NCBI RefSeq assembly: GCF_006345805.1
Contig: NC_042998.1
Coordinates: forward strand, 161,138,001-161,202,000
Source: Octopus sinensis
Taxonomy: Eukaryota
Direction: 5' to 3'
Length of the DNA stretch: 64,000 bases
In this document: one piece after another, positions 41,001 through 54,884 of the stretch
Layout: each line of letters starts with the position of its first letter
Position numbering within the stretch: position 1 is the first letter of the stretch
Program-made: the position numbers and the translations under genes
Notes under the pieces: generated by a model
The model's database searches: none
Told to the model about the DNA's origin: nothing
What the model saw: the letters and a program-made list of their open reading frames with translations, nothing else

Positions 41001-44000
41001 AAATGATTGGGATGTTATACTTAATATTTTGAAGTTTCATAACCAATTGTTACAAGGCTTGAATTTATTTTCCATCTCTACATAATTAATAAAACTAATA
41101 CCAAAGTAGAATTAACTGGTTTTTAATTTCTCATTCTTATAAAACCATTTTGCAGTAATTATGACTCTAAGATAGCTCTTATAAGAATTCCAGCTATAGG
41201 ACAAAGAGAATTTACACTGAATTTAAGAATTCACAAGACCATTCGAAATGACTTGAAAATAGAATTTACTTAGTGTTATGGATATTAAGAAATGTTATCT
41301 AATCTCTTAAATAAAATTTTTTTAACTTTTATTTTTATATTCTTAAATATTTTCAGTACTATCTTAATTCTTTCATACACACTGGGATACCCAGACCCCA
41401 AAATTAAGAAAAGTAGAAGTTAAGAACATGATAAATTAAAATGGATTAGAGAATAAACATACAACATAGTACAAAGATTCCACAACTTATTTTGTTACAC
41501 TACCCTTGAGTGATCTACTTAAAAATTGCAGAACTTGTGTTTATGTTTTATGGATGACGACTCCTATACTTGTGTTTTAGAGGAAGAATTTGCTCATTTA
41601 AAAAACCCCAATTAATTTGAAAATGGTGAATATAACTTCTTATAAAATAAATTTTTATTAACATGTGGTAGTATTACTGGGAACTGCATTTTAAGGGGAA
41701 TGAATCCCTTAAAGAGAGAATCATTTCAAGGTTTATTTTTCTTATGTTGAGGAATCAATATCAAAAAACGAAGTGCATACATGCATATATTTCCATAAAA
41801 CCTGGAAGCCTATATTTTATGAATGGAAACCCAGGGCTCTTCAGAATAAAGTTTGAGAAAAGCCATTACAGCAAGTAGAAAACTTGCCATGTAAGCAGAA
41901 TGATAAATTGTAACAGCTACAAACTATAAAGTTTATATTAGAAATTTTTTCTGTACATCATATACAACTGAATTTGATAAATATAATTATATTACTTTTT
42001 TATTATCTTGTTCTGTTTTATTGTAATGCTTGTTCATTCATATACTAGGTGGTCAGACAAGATTTTGAACAATATGATTAAGATGGAAGTCTGAATAAAT
42101 TTACTATCTTGTGTCTTAGATCACTCCCAATTATTGTAAATCACCAGATTTATTACTCTCATTATTTTATTCAATCTCTATACACTTTAGTTTTAGATAG
42201 ATATTTTAAAAAATTGAATTACTCTAAGGCATTTTGAAAATGCTATGTGGTGACAAAATTGCATAGAATGAACAAATCAATACATTATTTGTATGCTATT
42301 GATGAAATATTGTGTAAAATTTGCTTTCAAGTGGATTGATTGATTAGTTCTTTCTTTTAGACAATTTTTATCATTTTTCATTCTTTTTTTGTATTTATAT
42401 GTTCACTTATTGCACACTTTCTTTTTTACTTTTTAAAATTAAAAATAGAAACAAATAGCCTCTGCTATTCTTCTGTATGTTTTTGTCAGGATAAAGATAT
42501 TATTTTTGTGTTCTTTTTTATTGTCATTTTATATTGCTATGATTATTTTATTATCAAATTTCTTCTAACTGCAAAACCCATATTTTGTGTTGATAGTGCT
42601 CTTTTATGTATTATGTTCATTAATGGTTACATCTCAGAGAATATAATATACTATATCTCTAAACTCTAGAAAAACCCTTATCATAAAAGATTTTTAACTC
42701 TATTCATCAGCAATTCAGAAAAAAATCACCAATATTTATTTATTCATTTATTTAGTGTTTTTCCATTTGGTTTCCTGTTAGACAATAGTGCTGGGCAGCT
42801 GGTTAGAATTGTACTTAATTAAGGAATTTTATGTTGCATGACTAATAAGTAAAAGATATGGACAAATATTAACGGTGAAAACATCTGTCATTTAGACAGA
42901 AGAAAGAAAAAAACACTAACGATAAAAAACACATTTCAAACAAAATTTGAAAGAAGATAAAAAGCTAGCAGACCCTTATACCAAATGAACTCTAAATTAT
43001 AATGCTTAAAATAAAATATTGTAGAAAACTCAGTTTCCACATTGCTAATGAAAAGAGAATTTCCAGATTAAACATTAAAAAATATCTTTCATTAGTCTTA
43101 TATTTTCTATTTTATTTCATTTCATTTTTTAAAAATTCCTCTTTATGAATGTGTGTGTGTGTGTATGTGTGTGCGTAAGTTGACAGAACTGAAATTAATT
43201 ATGCGACTCTTCATCCTGTATTATCACCAAATTTTCCAAGTCTTTGTAATTCTTAAATACTTTTGACGAGTGTTATTTTGAAGTTTAATTCTATTAATTG
43301 GGTAATGCAGTTTATTCTGTGAGATCAGTTTCATTGAAAGTAAAATATTTTTGATTTAAAAATTATTAGCAGAAATTCCTTAAAATTTAGACCATGTGGC
43401 TGAACTATACAAACTAATTTAGAATATAGAAAAAAAAAAAATATTTATTTAATTTAAAAAAAAACTTTTGCCTACTTTTGCCTTGCTTTTTTTATTTTTG
43501 TTAAAGGAACTTATGTGAGAATTTATTTGAATTTTTTATGAAAACATTCAATATTTGACTATCCCGTTCTTCAACTCTATATAGGCATTTATCTTTTCAT
43601 TTATTAAGTGTGTTACACATTAGCTTTCCTTTTTAATGAACTAATTTGTCATTGTTACTCTTTTAAGAAAAAAATGTTAAAGCCACAAAAATAATCAGAA
43701 TCTGGTAGATTAATTATTAAACAAAGTTTATAATAGTAATTGATATAAGAAGTGATTGCTTTAATTACTGTTTGATGAAATGTGCTGCTATGATTTGCTT
43801 TTTCGATCTGAAACTCCAAATATATTCTTGCTTGAAAAAAATCACTAATATGACATATGTCATTATGATACCTAATGGAAACATATGTAAATTATTGAAT
43901 CTTAATTTGTTTTGATGAAGTCCTATCATTCATTAATGAATTACTTTCAATGTCTTTTGCAATATAGATGATACTTTCAGACTTTCAGTTCATGTCTTGT

Positions 44001-45849
44001 TCTCACCTTAATTTGATTTTGCTAATTCTTATTTTTAATTCAGCTTAATTTGATCTAAATTGACTTTATTTATATGACTTGTATTTTTGTTTATTTTGTA
44101 TCATGTTTAAATCTTTTGAAAATAAATTTAACTTTTGAACAATTTTTCCTACAATAAATAAAGATAAATAAAGAAAAAAAAAATCAAAATTAAAATATTT
44201 ATCTTAAATTGAAATAAACTTACTCTTGTCTAATTCATTTCCCTTTATTACAATAACTATATCTAATCTCCAAAAGGATACCATTTTTCCTTATATATGC
44301 AAGAGGTAATTTTGGTATTGCTTTCAAGTTTCAATAATTAGAACATTTCATGAATATTTGTTAGAAGATTTATTTTGAAAATATTTCCCTTTAGGACAGT
44401 CACTTGAATACACAGAATTTCACCCTAAGGCTCTGTTTGTTCAGAGATTATTCTTCCAAATATATTATATTTTTATCATAAATAAATAAATAGCTGTTTT
44501 ACAAATTTAGAAAAAAATTAAAATTTATCAGTTGAGTATCCTTCATTTATTAGAATGATGGATTTACACTTTGTAGAAATGGTCTCTAGAGAATAACAAA
44601 ATTAATGTTAAATTTTTTTGAGAATCCACTCAATAAATGTCAGAGTATTATGGTTAAAATTAATGATATGCATTAAAAGATTATTACGGAAAGTTTAAAA
44701 GCCATGTGATCATGACTTATAGTACATAAATATTACTCTGTAATATTTCTGAATATGAAATGGTAGAAACTTGAAGGAAAAAAAAAAGATCCCTTTATAA
44801 TTATTACTGTAGACATCTGGTACTCTCCTTAGAAATAATTTGAGCTAAGTTATAATGTGTTCATATGAACACAGCATGATTTGAAAGCCTCTACAACTCT
44901 TTTAAGTAGTTTTATTTCATTGCTGATATTTTAAAGTAGAGTCAGCGTTCTTTTCCTGATATTTTGTCTTGTTCTTCATTTTATCACACCTACAAATTCC
45001 TTTTGCTTCCCCAACCCACCCTTAAAAAGAACACCAACATGAACAAAAACAACACAAAAAACAAGACACAGAAAATTGTAAAATTGTTATTCTTTGGTAC
45101 TTAAAAAAAAGAAAGTTTTATAAAAATAAATGTTGTTATGTTTTTGTGAAGAAATTCCATGAAGAATAATAATATTGATATTTAGCACAATTTTTTCATG
45201 ATAATTTGAGTTTTTCTTTTCTACATTCTTTCAAAACTTAGTTTTATTATGCTTTCAAAGACTTTGTACACTACTTGGCTTATTTAAAAAAAATTCTATT
45301 TTTTTTCTTTTATTCTTTATCATGTTTTTCAAGCACCATGTCCTTCACTTCCTAAAATGATGCCAATGGCCAAATAAAAACAGAACTGATAACTTGCTGA
45401 TTATTTTCTAGAATATCTTGAATTTTCTGGAGTATAATGAACTTTCTCTATCTTTCCCTAATACCTATTTCAAACTAAAAGTACCACAATTTCTAGTTTG
45501 TATATCTTGAAAGTGAGACATCTGAGAACATATCCTTAAGCAGTGTCATCATTCAACAATCATTACAATGATAACCAACTCTAAATCTAATGGGGGTGGT
45601 GGTAAAGTTGGAGTGGGTGGTTTATATCTTTTCCTCTTCAGCAAGATAAAAATACCTACACCCTTAAGGAATTCAAATGTATTCATTAGTAACTGGATTT
45701 CAAAATATTAATTTTTAGATTCACTTCAAGATACTTATATTACCTTAACTCAATGTTTATGTTTTTGTCTATTTTAATCATCATTATTGTCAGCAACAGC
45801 TTTGCTGGTGGCAGTAGAAGTGATGGTTAAATGCATTGCTATTATCTTT

Positions 45850-46285
45850 CCCTCCTTCCTTCCTTCCTTCCTTCCTTCCTTCCTTCCTTCCTTCCTTCTC
45901 TTTTGCCTTATATCATCCTCTTTCCTTTGCAATCTCCTTTCCTTCATCCGTCTCCTATTCCATTGCTCTTGTTCCGCTTTTCTTCCCCTTATTTCTTTTA
46001 CAGCTCCTTTTCTTCCTTTTTCTCATGATGATAATGATAATGAGGATGAGGAGGAGGAAAAGCTAAAGGGGAAGATAGAGACACGAAGTTCCTTCTCTTC
46101 ATCGTCCTTCTGCCCCTCCTCATCATCCCTTCGTCATTATCCTATTATCAGCACTCTGCATCATCACCATGACCACCACCACCACCACCACCACCACTAC
46201 CACCACCACTACCACCACCACCACCATTATCATTATCAACAACAACAACAACATCAACAACATCAACAACAACAACAACTGTACC
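45850..46285 (+). repeat. Compound (TTCC)n, (CAC)n, (CAA)n microsatellites
   Basis: Directly visible. Confidence 0.95.
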
Positions 46286-46984
46286 TGCAGCACATGTACT
46301 GTAGCTGTATAAGTGTTTTGCTTCTGTCTTAGTTTTGCAAATGTTAATTGAGTGGTAAATCTTCGAAAAATTTAAAACATATATACAAACAAATATAAAC
46401 ACACAAGAAATAATCACATAGTTTCTAGTTGCCTACTCTTAGCCATATTATATAAACAGACATGAAAGAATTAGAGGATTCATACTCTTGAAACTATGGC
46501 AACACAGAAATGAAATAGTATGAAGACATGCAACAGAAGATTTCATGGAATGACAAAGTAATATGCTTTGGAATAAGGTATTTCATATGAACAGGAAGGT
46601 TAGAAAAAAAAGATTTAACTTTTATAAATATCAAAGATCATCAGAGGTGGCATGCTCACAGAATTTTTTGCTTGCCAGGTAAAATGCTTAGTGACATTTC
46701 ATCTGTCTTTATGTTCTCAGTTCAAATTCTACTGACGTTGACTTTGCCTTTCATCTTTTCGGGGTCAATAAAATAAGCACCAGTTGAACTGGGACTGATG
46801 TAATTGATCTTCCCCCTCCCCCAAAATTGGTGGTCTTGTGCCAAAATTTGAAATCAATATCGAAGATCATCAAAGATGGTGGGCTGGCAGACTTGTCAGC
46901 ATGCCAAGGAAGATGCTTACCAACATTTTGTCAGTCCTTACCTGCTGGGCTGCAGTCTAATGACTGAAATGAGTAAACGATAAA

Positions 46985-47033
<49 letters not shown>

Positions 47034-47119
47034 TAGCTAGATAGATAGATATAGATATAGATAGATATAAGGAAAAAAAAACATATAATAAATGCACAAA
47101 CAAGCAGAAAACACATACA

Positions 47120-47503
47120 GGAATCCTGCAATGGTCCAGAGCATTGGGTTCAATACCACCCAACCTGAAGAAACATCTGGAAACTTTAGAAATATCCTAC
47201 AATCTAGGTGTATTGCAAAAATCAGCATTACTTGGAACTGCACACATATTGTGAAAATACTGTCTGTCTGAGGTCCTTGTTGTGAGTTGACAGATAGTAC
47301 AAACCCCCAGTAGACATCATGATATTGGATATTGTGTGATGCCTTAAATAATAATAATAATAATAATAATAATAATCATAGAACAATAGTTTGTGCAAAA
47401 CCAAAAACATAGCACTCTAGTGATAATACCAGCTTGAACTTCAAACTTGTCACTTGAGGTCTCTGGATGAGACTTGAGGTCAACTTGTATAAATACAAAG
47501 CAA

Positions 47504-47566
<63 letters not shown>

Positions 47567-48148
47567 TTTGGTACAAGGGTAGCAATTTTAGGGGAGGGTG
47601 TAAGTTGATTACATCGACCCCAGTGCTCAACTGGTACATATTTTATCAGCCCTGAAAGGATGAAAGGTAAAGACGACTATGGTGGAATTTGAACTCAGGA
47701 TGGAGAGATAGACAAAATGCTGCAAAGCTATTTGCTCAGCGTGCCAACAATTCTACCAGCCCATCGCATTCAGTAATAACAATAATGATGATGATAATAA
47801 TGATGATGATGATAATGATTATAATAATAATATAGGTGCCCTAGGTATGATAAAAAAAATGTTGCCAGAAATATTTAGACAACATCCCAGGAGAACCATG
47901 TCTCAGGGAAATCCAAAAGAATGTACTGAGAAGTACTGTCCACATCCTTACAAAAACCCTATCAAATTGAATATTTGTGTTGGTTTGTATGAAAGTATTT
48001 CTCTACTGCCCTTGCCACTTCCCCTCATCAAGCTTTCAGTTATATTTCAACATCTCTTAACCTTCACTTGCCCTAGAGTACTGGGTATGTCCTGGTAAGT
48101 GATTGCATCAAACGTGCAAATTAAAAGTAAGCAACAATGACGATAATG

Positions 48149-48196
<48 letters not shown>

Positions 48197-48200
48197 TAAT
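47120..48200 (+). mobile_element. Cluster of R4/Dong-like 3' ends, each followed by (AAT)n, with one minus-strand SINE inserted
   Basis: 47140-47375 RALGSIPPNLKKHLETLEISYNLGVLQKSALLGTAHIL; 47830-48115 GALGMIKK...IQKNVLRSTVHILTKTLSN*; a further tail at 47380-47560. Confidence 0.75.
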
Positions 48201-49713
48201 AATAATAATAACCACAACAACATCAAGAACTACAAAAATACAATAAAAGTAATACTTTCAATCTTATTGAATGTTAATAATACTGAAAAATATATCCCCT
48301 AGAATTATATCGTGATATTAACAAAAAATAATAACAAAATCTCTTTGGGTTTCTTTTATACATAATTATCATTTAAATGAGAATGAAAAATATAAGCTCA
48401 TAATTAATAATTTTCTTTTCAAATAATTGGTTTAATACTGATGATTGTATTGCAAATTCCTTGCTTTCCTTACTTTACTGTATTTAATGATATAGTTCAG
48501 CTAGGAAATTGTATATATTTATATTCAATCATAGCATTATTGACATATAACTGCAATAACTGTCACTATAAGAGAGCATTATAAATTTTTATTGGAACTC
48601 AGCAAAATAAATAGAAAAACAAAAGCAAACATTGAGAAATAACATACAAACAGTGTTAAGGTTTTATATTATCAATACTAATTCAACAGCCTTGATCCGC
48701 TGACCTATGATCAAAGGAATTTCAGTGAAGACCATACTATTTTTTGTTCGTTATTTCTTTTCTTTTTCAGATGCAATCTGTCTACAACTATCACAGCAAT
48801 GTCTCTCCAGTTTTAAGTGGTTAGGTTGCAATATAAAGGAGGTTTGGCTACTATTTCTAGCAAGTAGGCTCCTTTAAGGGTATAATTCAGTTTAGTTATT
48901 AAAATTCTTCAGTGTAAGTACCATAAGATTATCATGTGTGCCACATTGGGTAAATATTTTCTATAATAGGCTCAAGGTGAGCAATATTTTGTGAGTAAAA
49001 TTTGAATGAGTGAAACTGTGTGGAATCCCTACTGTATATGTTTGCATGTATATATAGCTATATACATGTGTATGTGTGTTTATATATGTGTGTATGTATA
49101 TAGGTATATGTATATGTGCATATGCATACATACATATGCACACACACGTGTGTGTGTGTATATATATATAGAGAGAGATAGATAGATAGATAGATGCATA
49201 CATACATACTTATATACATAAATACATGTATCATATATATGACATATATATGCATATTTACTAATTTTTGTTTTATGTCAAGTTTATGTAATGGAATTTA
49301 GCATTAGAGGATAGCCTAAACTATTTAGTAGAGTATATATTTACTAACTTCTACTAGGAAATGGTTGACAGTAGCTTCAAAGTTTTAGCCCGCTGATTTT
49401 CATCAGCCCTGTTTTGTTTTGGCTTTATATAGTATTTCGCAAGCTGCTTTTTTGGACAGGTGGAACTGTGCAAATGATAATTAAGTGTGGTGTTGATAGA
49501 CTGGAGAAGTAGTTATATAGAAAGTGAAGATATAGGAAGATCTGTGTTTGTAGGTTGATAGAAAGTTGTGGCCAGGAGATTTATTTTGGTTTGATGTAGA
49601 AACTTTGCTATTGTTTAAGGCTCAGTCAGATGTATGGGTTTCAACTGGTCAAGACATTCTTAGACTAGAAATTTTGAGGAAAGAAGCAGATGATTATATT
49701 GACCTGAGTAATT

Positions 49714-50080
49714 TATTACCTCTGCCTTAGTGATGGCAGAGGTATTGTTTTCAGTCATGTTTATTTGCTTGTCCATAGACAAGATATCTCAAGAACCGCT
49801 GGATGGATTCTGATGACACTTTCATGGATGTTTGGCTTCATGACTGGTATGAACTGATTAGATTTTGGGATTGATCTGGTGCCGGACAAAGATTCTGGAT
49901 TATTTTTCCTGTATTTCTACTTAATTTTTGTGAGTGGTTGGGTTCATTTTCAGTATTCTCAATTGTAAGAGTAGTTGAGTTTATTTCAGATATCCTCATT
50001 TTAAAAATCACCTCTAACTAATTATTGAGGGACATTGGTTTTGCCTTGGCAGAGGATTGTGCTCTCTGAGTGCTCTTGTT
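49714..50080 (-). mobile_element. HINE/DINE-1-like element, copy 3
   Basis: Homologous to copies 1 and 2; hairpin ttacctctgccttagtgatggcagaggt. Confidence 0.65.
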
Positions 50081-50609
50081 GGAACTTAATTTTATCAATC
50101 CCCAAATAACAAAAAACTAAGTTAACCTCTGTGGGGATTGAACTCAAAATAGAGAAAGCCAGAAAGTACTTTGACACTCTACTGACTTTGCCAATATACA
50201 TGTGATTAATAATGCAGAGATTTTAAGCTATATTTAGCAATAACATGTTTCAGTTGTATAAGTATGTACAGAGAAAAGCTATTTAAGGATGCATAGTAAA
50301 ACTTTTGTTCTAAAATATGAAGCCTTTCCTGTGAGTATTATGGAATTCTCTTTGGACCTATAAAAAAGAAAAAGAAAAGAAAAAAGTTGGAATGTTTTGT
50401 ATGGATTACGATTAGATTAGGAATCAGCAATTATCTCCAGAAAGTGTTTCTTAGCCTTATGCCACCTCCATCTCTTTTACCTTCTCTTTCACCTATTCTT
50501 CCTCTCCTTCCACCTCTACAACCATCTCTACCTTTTCACCATCATCTTACCACTACCTCCCCCTTCCATCCTCATCCTAAGTCCTTCTGTTCTCTATTCC
50601 CATCCAACT

Positions 50610-51090
50610 ACCACCACCACCACCACCACCACCGCCACCACCACCACCACCACCACCACCACCACCACTGCTAACCACCCCACATCAACACCATTACTTC
50701 CTCCTCCTCCTCTTCTTCCTCCTTGTTCTCCTCCTCCTCATTGTCCTCCTACTCTTGCTCCTCCTCCTCCAACTCCTTCTTTGCCCGGCAACTCCTCCAA
50801 CTCCTTCCTCACTCAATACCAACTCCTTTCTTATCTTCCTTCTTCCTTCCCCCTCCTTTCGCCTCCTCATTTTCTTCCTTATTACCATAATTGCTTTCAC
50901 TGTTTTCATCACTGCCATTGTTATCATCATCATCATCGTCATCATCATCATAATCATCATCATAATCATCATCGTCGTCATCATCGTCATCATCATCATC
51001 ATCATCATCATCATCTTCACCAACACCACCACCACTACCACCACCAACAGCACCCACCTCCACCATCATCATCATCTTCATCATCGTCAT
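50610..51090 (+). repeat. Compound (CAC)n/(CCT)n/(CAT)n triplet tract
   Basis: Directly visible. Confidence 0.95.
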
Positions 51091-52039
51091 TGTACATTGG
51101 TCCTAAAATTATATTAGCACCAGAAATTAGGCATCCCACGATCTCCATTCAGTTAAGGAATAGAATAGGGTTATTCAAATTATTATATCTCATCTTCCTC
51201 CTCCATTTATCTTACACCACACTTTAAAATCTTTTCTGCCATGCTCCTATGCTTTTCCTGTTATACAAACACAAAAGAATGGAGAGATAGGGCAATTCAG
51301 AATGTGTAAACATATTTGAAATACCAGAATATATGTAATTGCAAATGGTGTTTATGGCAGAAGAACCAAACAGCATAAAATAAATAGACTCTGAAACTTA
51401 TTTCAATATTTAGGATAGGAAATGTAAAACAATTTGCCTTTATTTCATAGAGTTGGTGAAAAAAATGTTATAGTCGTACTATTATAAAACAGAAGTTTGA
51501 AACTCTGTTCATACACAATACACCCATGTTACGTAATCAATACATTCACAAATAACAAAGTAATGATTCTGTATTTGGTCTCTGTGCATTCATCTTCAGT
51601 GACACATAAACATGCCTCTAGAAAATTCTTTAAATAATCTTGTTGACCAACATCTGAGGCTATAGCAAAACTTACCTTTCATCTTTTTTAATGCTTTCAT
51701 ACAATATAAAAATCCATGTAACTGAATGAGCACCCTACTTATTGATATTTTTGGATTATTGTCTACAGACCTTTGTAATTTTCGTGGCTACATTTCAACT
51801 GATGAAATATCTATGACCATTTTCGGGTACTATATAAACAAAGTACATTGATTCTGCTACCCTAGCTAGTGATTGAACTGACAAACTGTTATTATTAACA
51901 ATTTGCCTGGTGGATAATAAGATATCACTTGAAAGTCACACAATTGTCATGCCATTCTCATCTTATTTCATTCCTTTGCAACTGGTCCTTTATTTACATT
52001 CCCATATCTTAGTGCCTTATACGAAAACGTTTCTGATAC

Positions 52040-52200
52040 GTGAATAATGCAGCAGACCTTTTGTTTGTGCTGGAAGAACTGTTTGTTGACAATGCTTTCT
52101 TCTTGCTCGCCCTCACCTACAGTGATAATGCTGACAAAGAGATCACCAGTAGATCTATTCAGGAAAAGTGGCTTAGATGATCATGCTACAACATACCCTT
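52040..52200 (+). mobile_element. CR1-like AP-endonuclease relic
   Basis: VDLF and GLDDHA resemble the LDLF...PLG.SDH motifs. Confidence 0.4.
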
Positions 52201-53037
52201 CTAGATGTGAAAGGGATTCTTTGTTTATAATCTCCATATCTTTAGAGATGTTCTCAGAACACTGAAATGAATTAGTAATGGGATGAATTCCAAGTGTTCC
52301 TTTTTCTTTTGTGCATTATTATGTATGTGCCTGTTTTTCTATGCATATATGTGCCTCTATATGTGCATATATGCATGTCTTTATTTTCCTGAGACTCTAT
52401 GCTTTATTGCCCTATAGACCAAATATATCTGTAGGTTCTTGTAAATTGTGAAGATGTGCTTTTCCATTCCTTATGTCTATGCTTTTTTAGTTACATAACC
52501 ACTGCTATATCCCACAAAGAGAGTCCATTGATTATTTCTGAAACCTCATATATTTATCTTCAGGTCTACCGACACTTCATTTTGTTTTTTCCTTTAAAGA
52601 AAAAAATAAAAGAAGAAAATTCAATGCATCAGCAGTAAACATGCATTGTGAATCTCTTTTTGTTTTTATAGGCATTGCATGTGTAGAGTAGTTAATGTCA
52701 TATAAAGTGAAAGATTGTTCATGGTGCAGCCACACGGATATCTGAGGAGAAAATTCAGCCAGCTACAAGACATAAAATTTAGTGGTAGCAACTGAATAAG
52801 ATTAGAATAGTAATAGTTTCTTTACAGTATATAAATGATATAATGAAGTTAATTAATGGAGGCAGGGTGTCTTCTTTAATGTAGCCTGCAGCCTGGACCT
52901 AACAGAGGTATGAAACTTGTAGACAGTAATTTCGTGTTTTACTGAATGGATTCAACTAAACTTTTTGAATTGTATATCAGAAGATTGATTGAGTTTCACT
53001 TCAAATGAATTCAAGTAAACTTCTTAACACATTTAAC

Positions 53038-53076
<39 letters not shown>

Positions 53077-53382
53077 ACATGCACACACACACACATACAT
53101 GCATGCTGAAATATGATAACACTTTACCATGAGGAGTTAATAAATGTTTAGAAGGTGAATGAAATGAAAGACTATTAAAGTTTACATGTTATTCATTCTC
53201 TCTCTCTCCACACACACACATATATATCTTTTACTTGTTTCAGTCATTTGACAGTGGCCATGCTGGAGCACCACCTTGAAGAGTTGCTAGTCAAATGAAT
53301 TGACTTTTCTTAACCTGGTATTTATTCTATTGGTCACTTAGTTATGTGGGCAAACACAGATATAAATACACTCACAAACACG

Positions 53383-53414
<32 letters not shown>

Positions 53415-53600
53415 TACACACACATATCTATATATATGACGAGCTTCTTTCAGTTTCCGTCTACCAAATCCACTCACAAGGCTTTGGTAGACCCAAGTCT
53501 ATAGTAGAAGACACTTAACCAAGGTTCCACACAGTGGGACTGAACCTGGAATCTTGTGATTAGGAAGTAAACTTCTTAACACACAACTATGTCTATGCCT

Positions 53601-53637
<37 letters not shown>

Positions 53638-53948
53638 CACATACACACACAAACACACATCTGCTTAAACTTCTTTTTAAATATTTATAAAACAGTGAGG
53701 GTACATTTTTCAAATACTCCATCTAATAATCCCAAAAAAACTTTTCAGACTTAAAAGTAACATAAAACTTTCCACTTGCTCCAGATGACATCAGTAAGGA
53801 TGGCTTGCTTCTTCAGAGGTCAACAAATACCTTAAATCTGAATCTAGATTCGATACTAGATTATACTGTTCATATCTCTGGGCTAATCAACAAGCACATA
53901 ATCGACACACACACATGTCTAATGCATATATCCAAATATTCAGAAGTA

Positions 53949-53995
<47 letters not shown>

Positions 53996-54884
53996 ACACA
54001 CAAACACACACATACGCACACCTACATGCATGCACATTTCTCCCACATGACAAAGATGTCCATTTGATGGGCAGGCTTTTGCTCACAATCCTATCACCAT
54101 TGACTCACAAATGACAAATGATATCTCTACTACAAAGGCTTTACTTCCTCAGGACTTGTGAACTATATGTCCCTCGACAAGTAAAATCCTTTAATGCAAT
54201 CTTATTTTTCTCATCTTCCATCACTTTGATAGGCATCATTTTTAAGATTGTACACTAGATATTTGTCCAAGTTCTTCTCTCCAAGAACTACAACTATCTG
54301 TCATTATCTTTCAACCAGTACCTTCCTTCCCACTTTGTAACACCTTCCATTAAACTCAGCCAATTGTCACCTCTTTATAATCTAAGAGAATTTAAAAAGC
54401 CCCATGGGCACTGCTTCTCCTCCTTAAATTAACAAATAAGATTTTAAAATGCATTTTAGCTCTCAAAATAACAGCAATAATACCACAAATTATGTTGTTA
54501 ATATAGCAGTAAGTTAAGGCGGTGAACTGGCAGGATTATTAGCACACCAGCTTGCATGGCACCTTGGGCAAATGTCTTTTACTGTTGTCTCAGCCAACCA
54601 AAGCTTTGTGAGTGGATTTGGTAGGCAGAAACGGAAAAAAGCCCATTGTATATATGTATTTATATCTATGTATGTGTCTTTGTGTTTGTCCCTCCATCAC
54701 TATTTGACAACCGATGCTGGTGTGTTTATATCCCAGTAACTTAGTGGTTCAGCAAAAGAGACTGACAGAATAAGTACTAGGCTTTAAAAATAATTCCTGG
54801 GGCCGATTCATTCAACTAGAACTGTTGAAGGCAGTGCTCCAGCCTGACCGCAGTCAAATGACTGAAACAAGTAAGAGAATAAAA

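Noticed and set aside
43855-43895. CATTA/TAATG hairpin followed by GAAACATATGTA
   Set aside because: No recognisable core heptamer or stem I; at most a dead relic.
47165-47190. CTGAAGA...GAAAC hammerhead-like spacing
   Set aside because: There is no stem II, III or I, and it lies in R4-like coding sequence.
52000-52245. Minus-strand frame CSENISKD...GDLFVSIITV with an apparent 42-nt intron
   Set aside because: It is the antisense shadow of a CR1-like endonuclease relic, and the intron is implausibly short.
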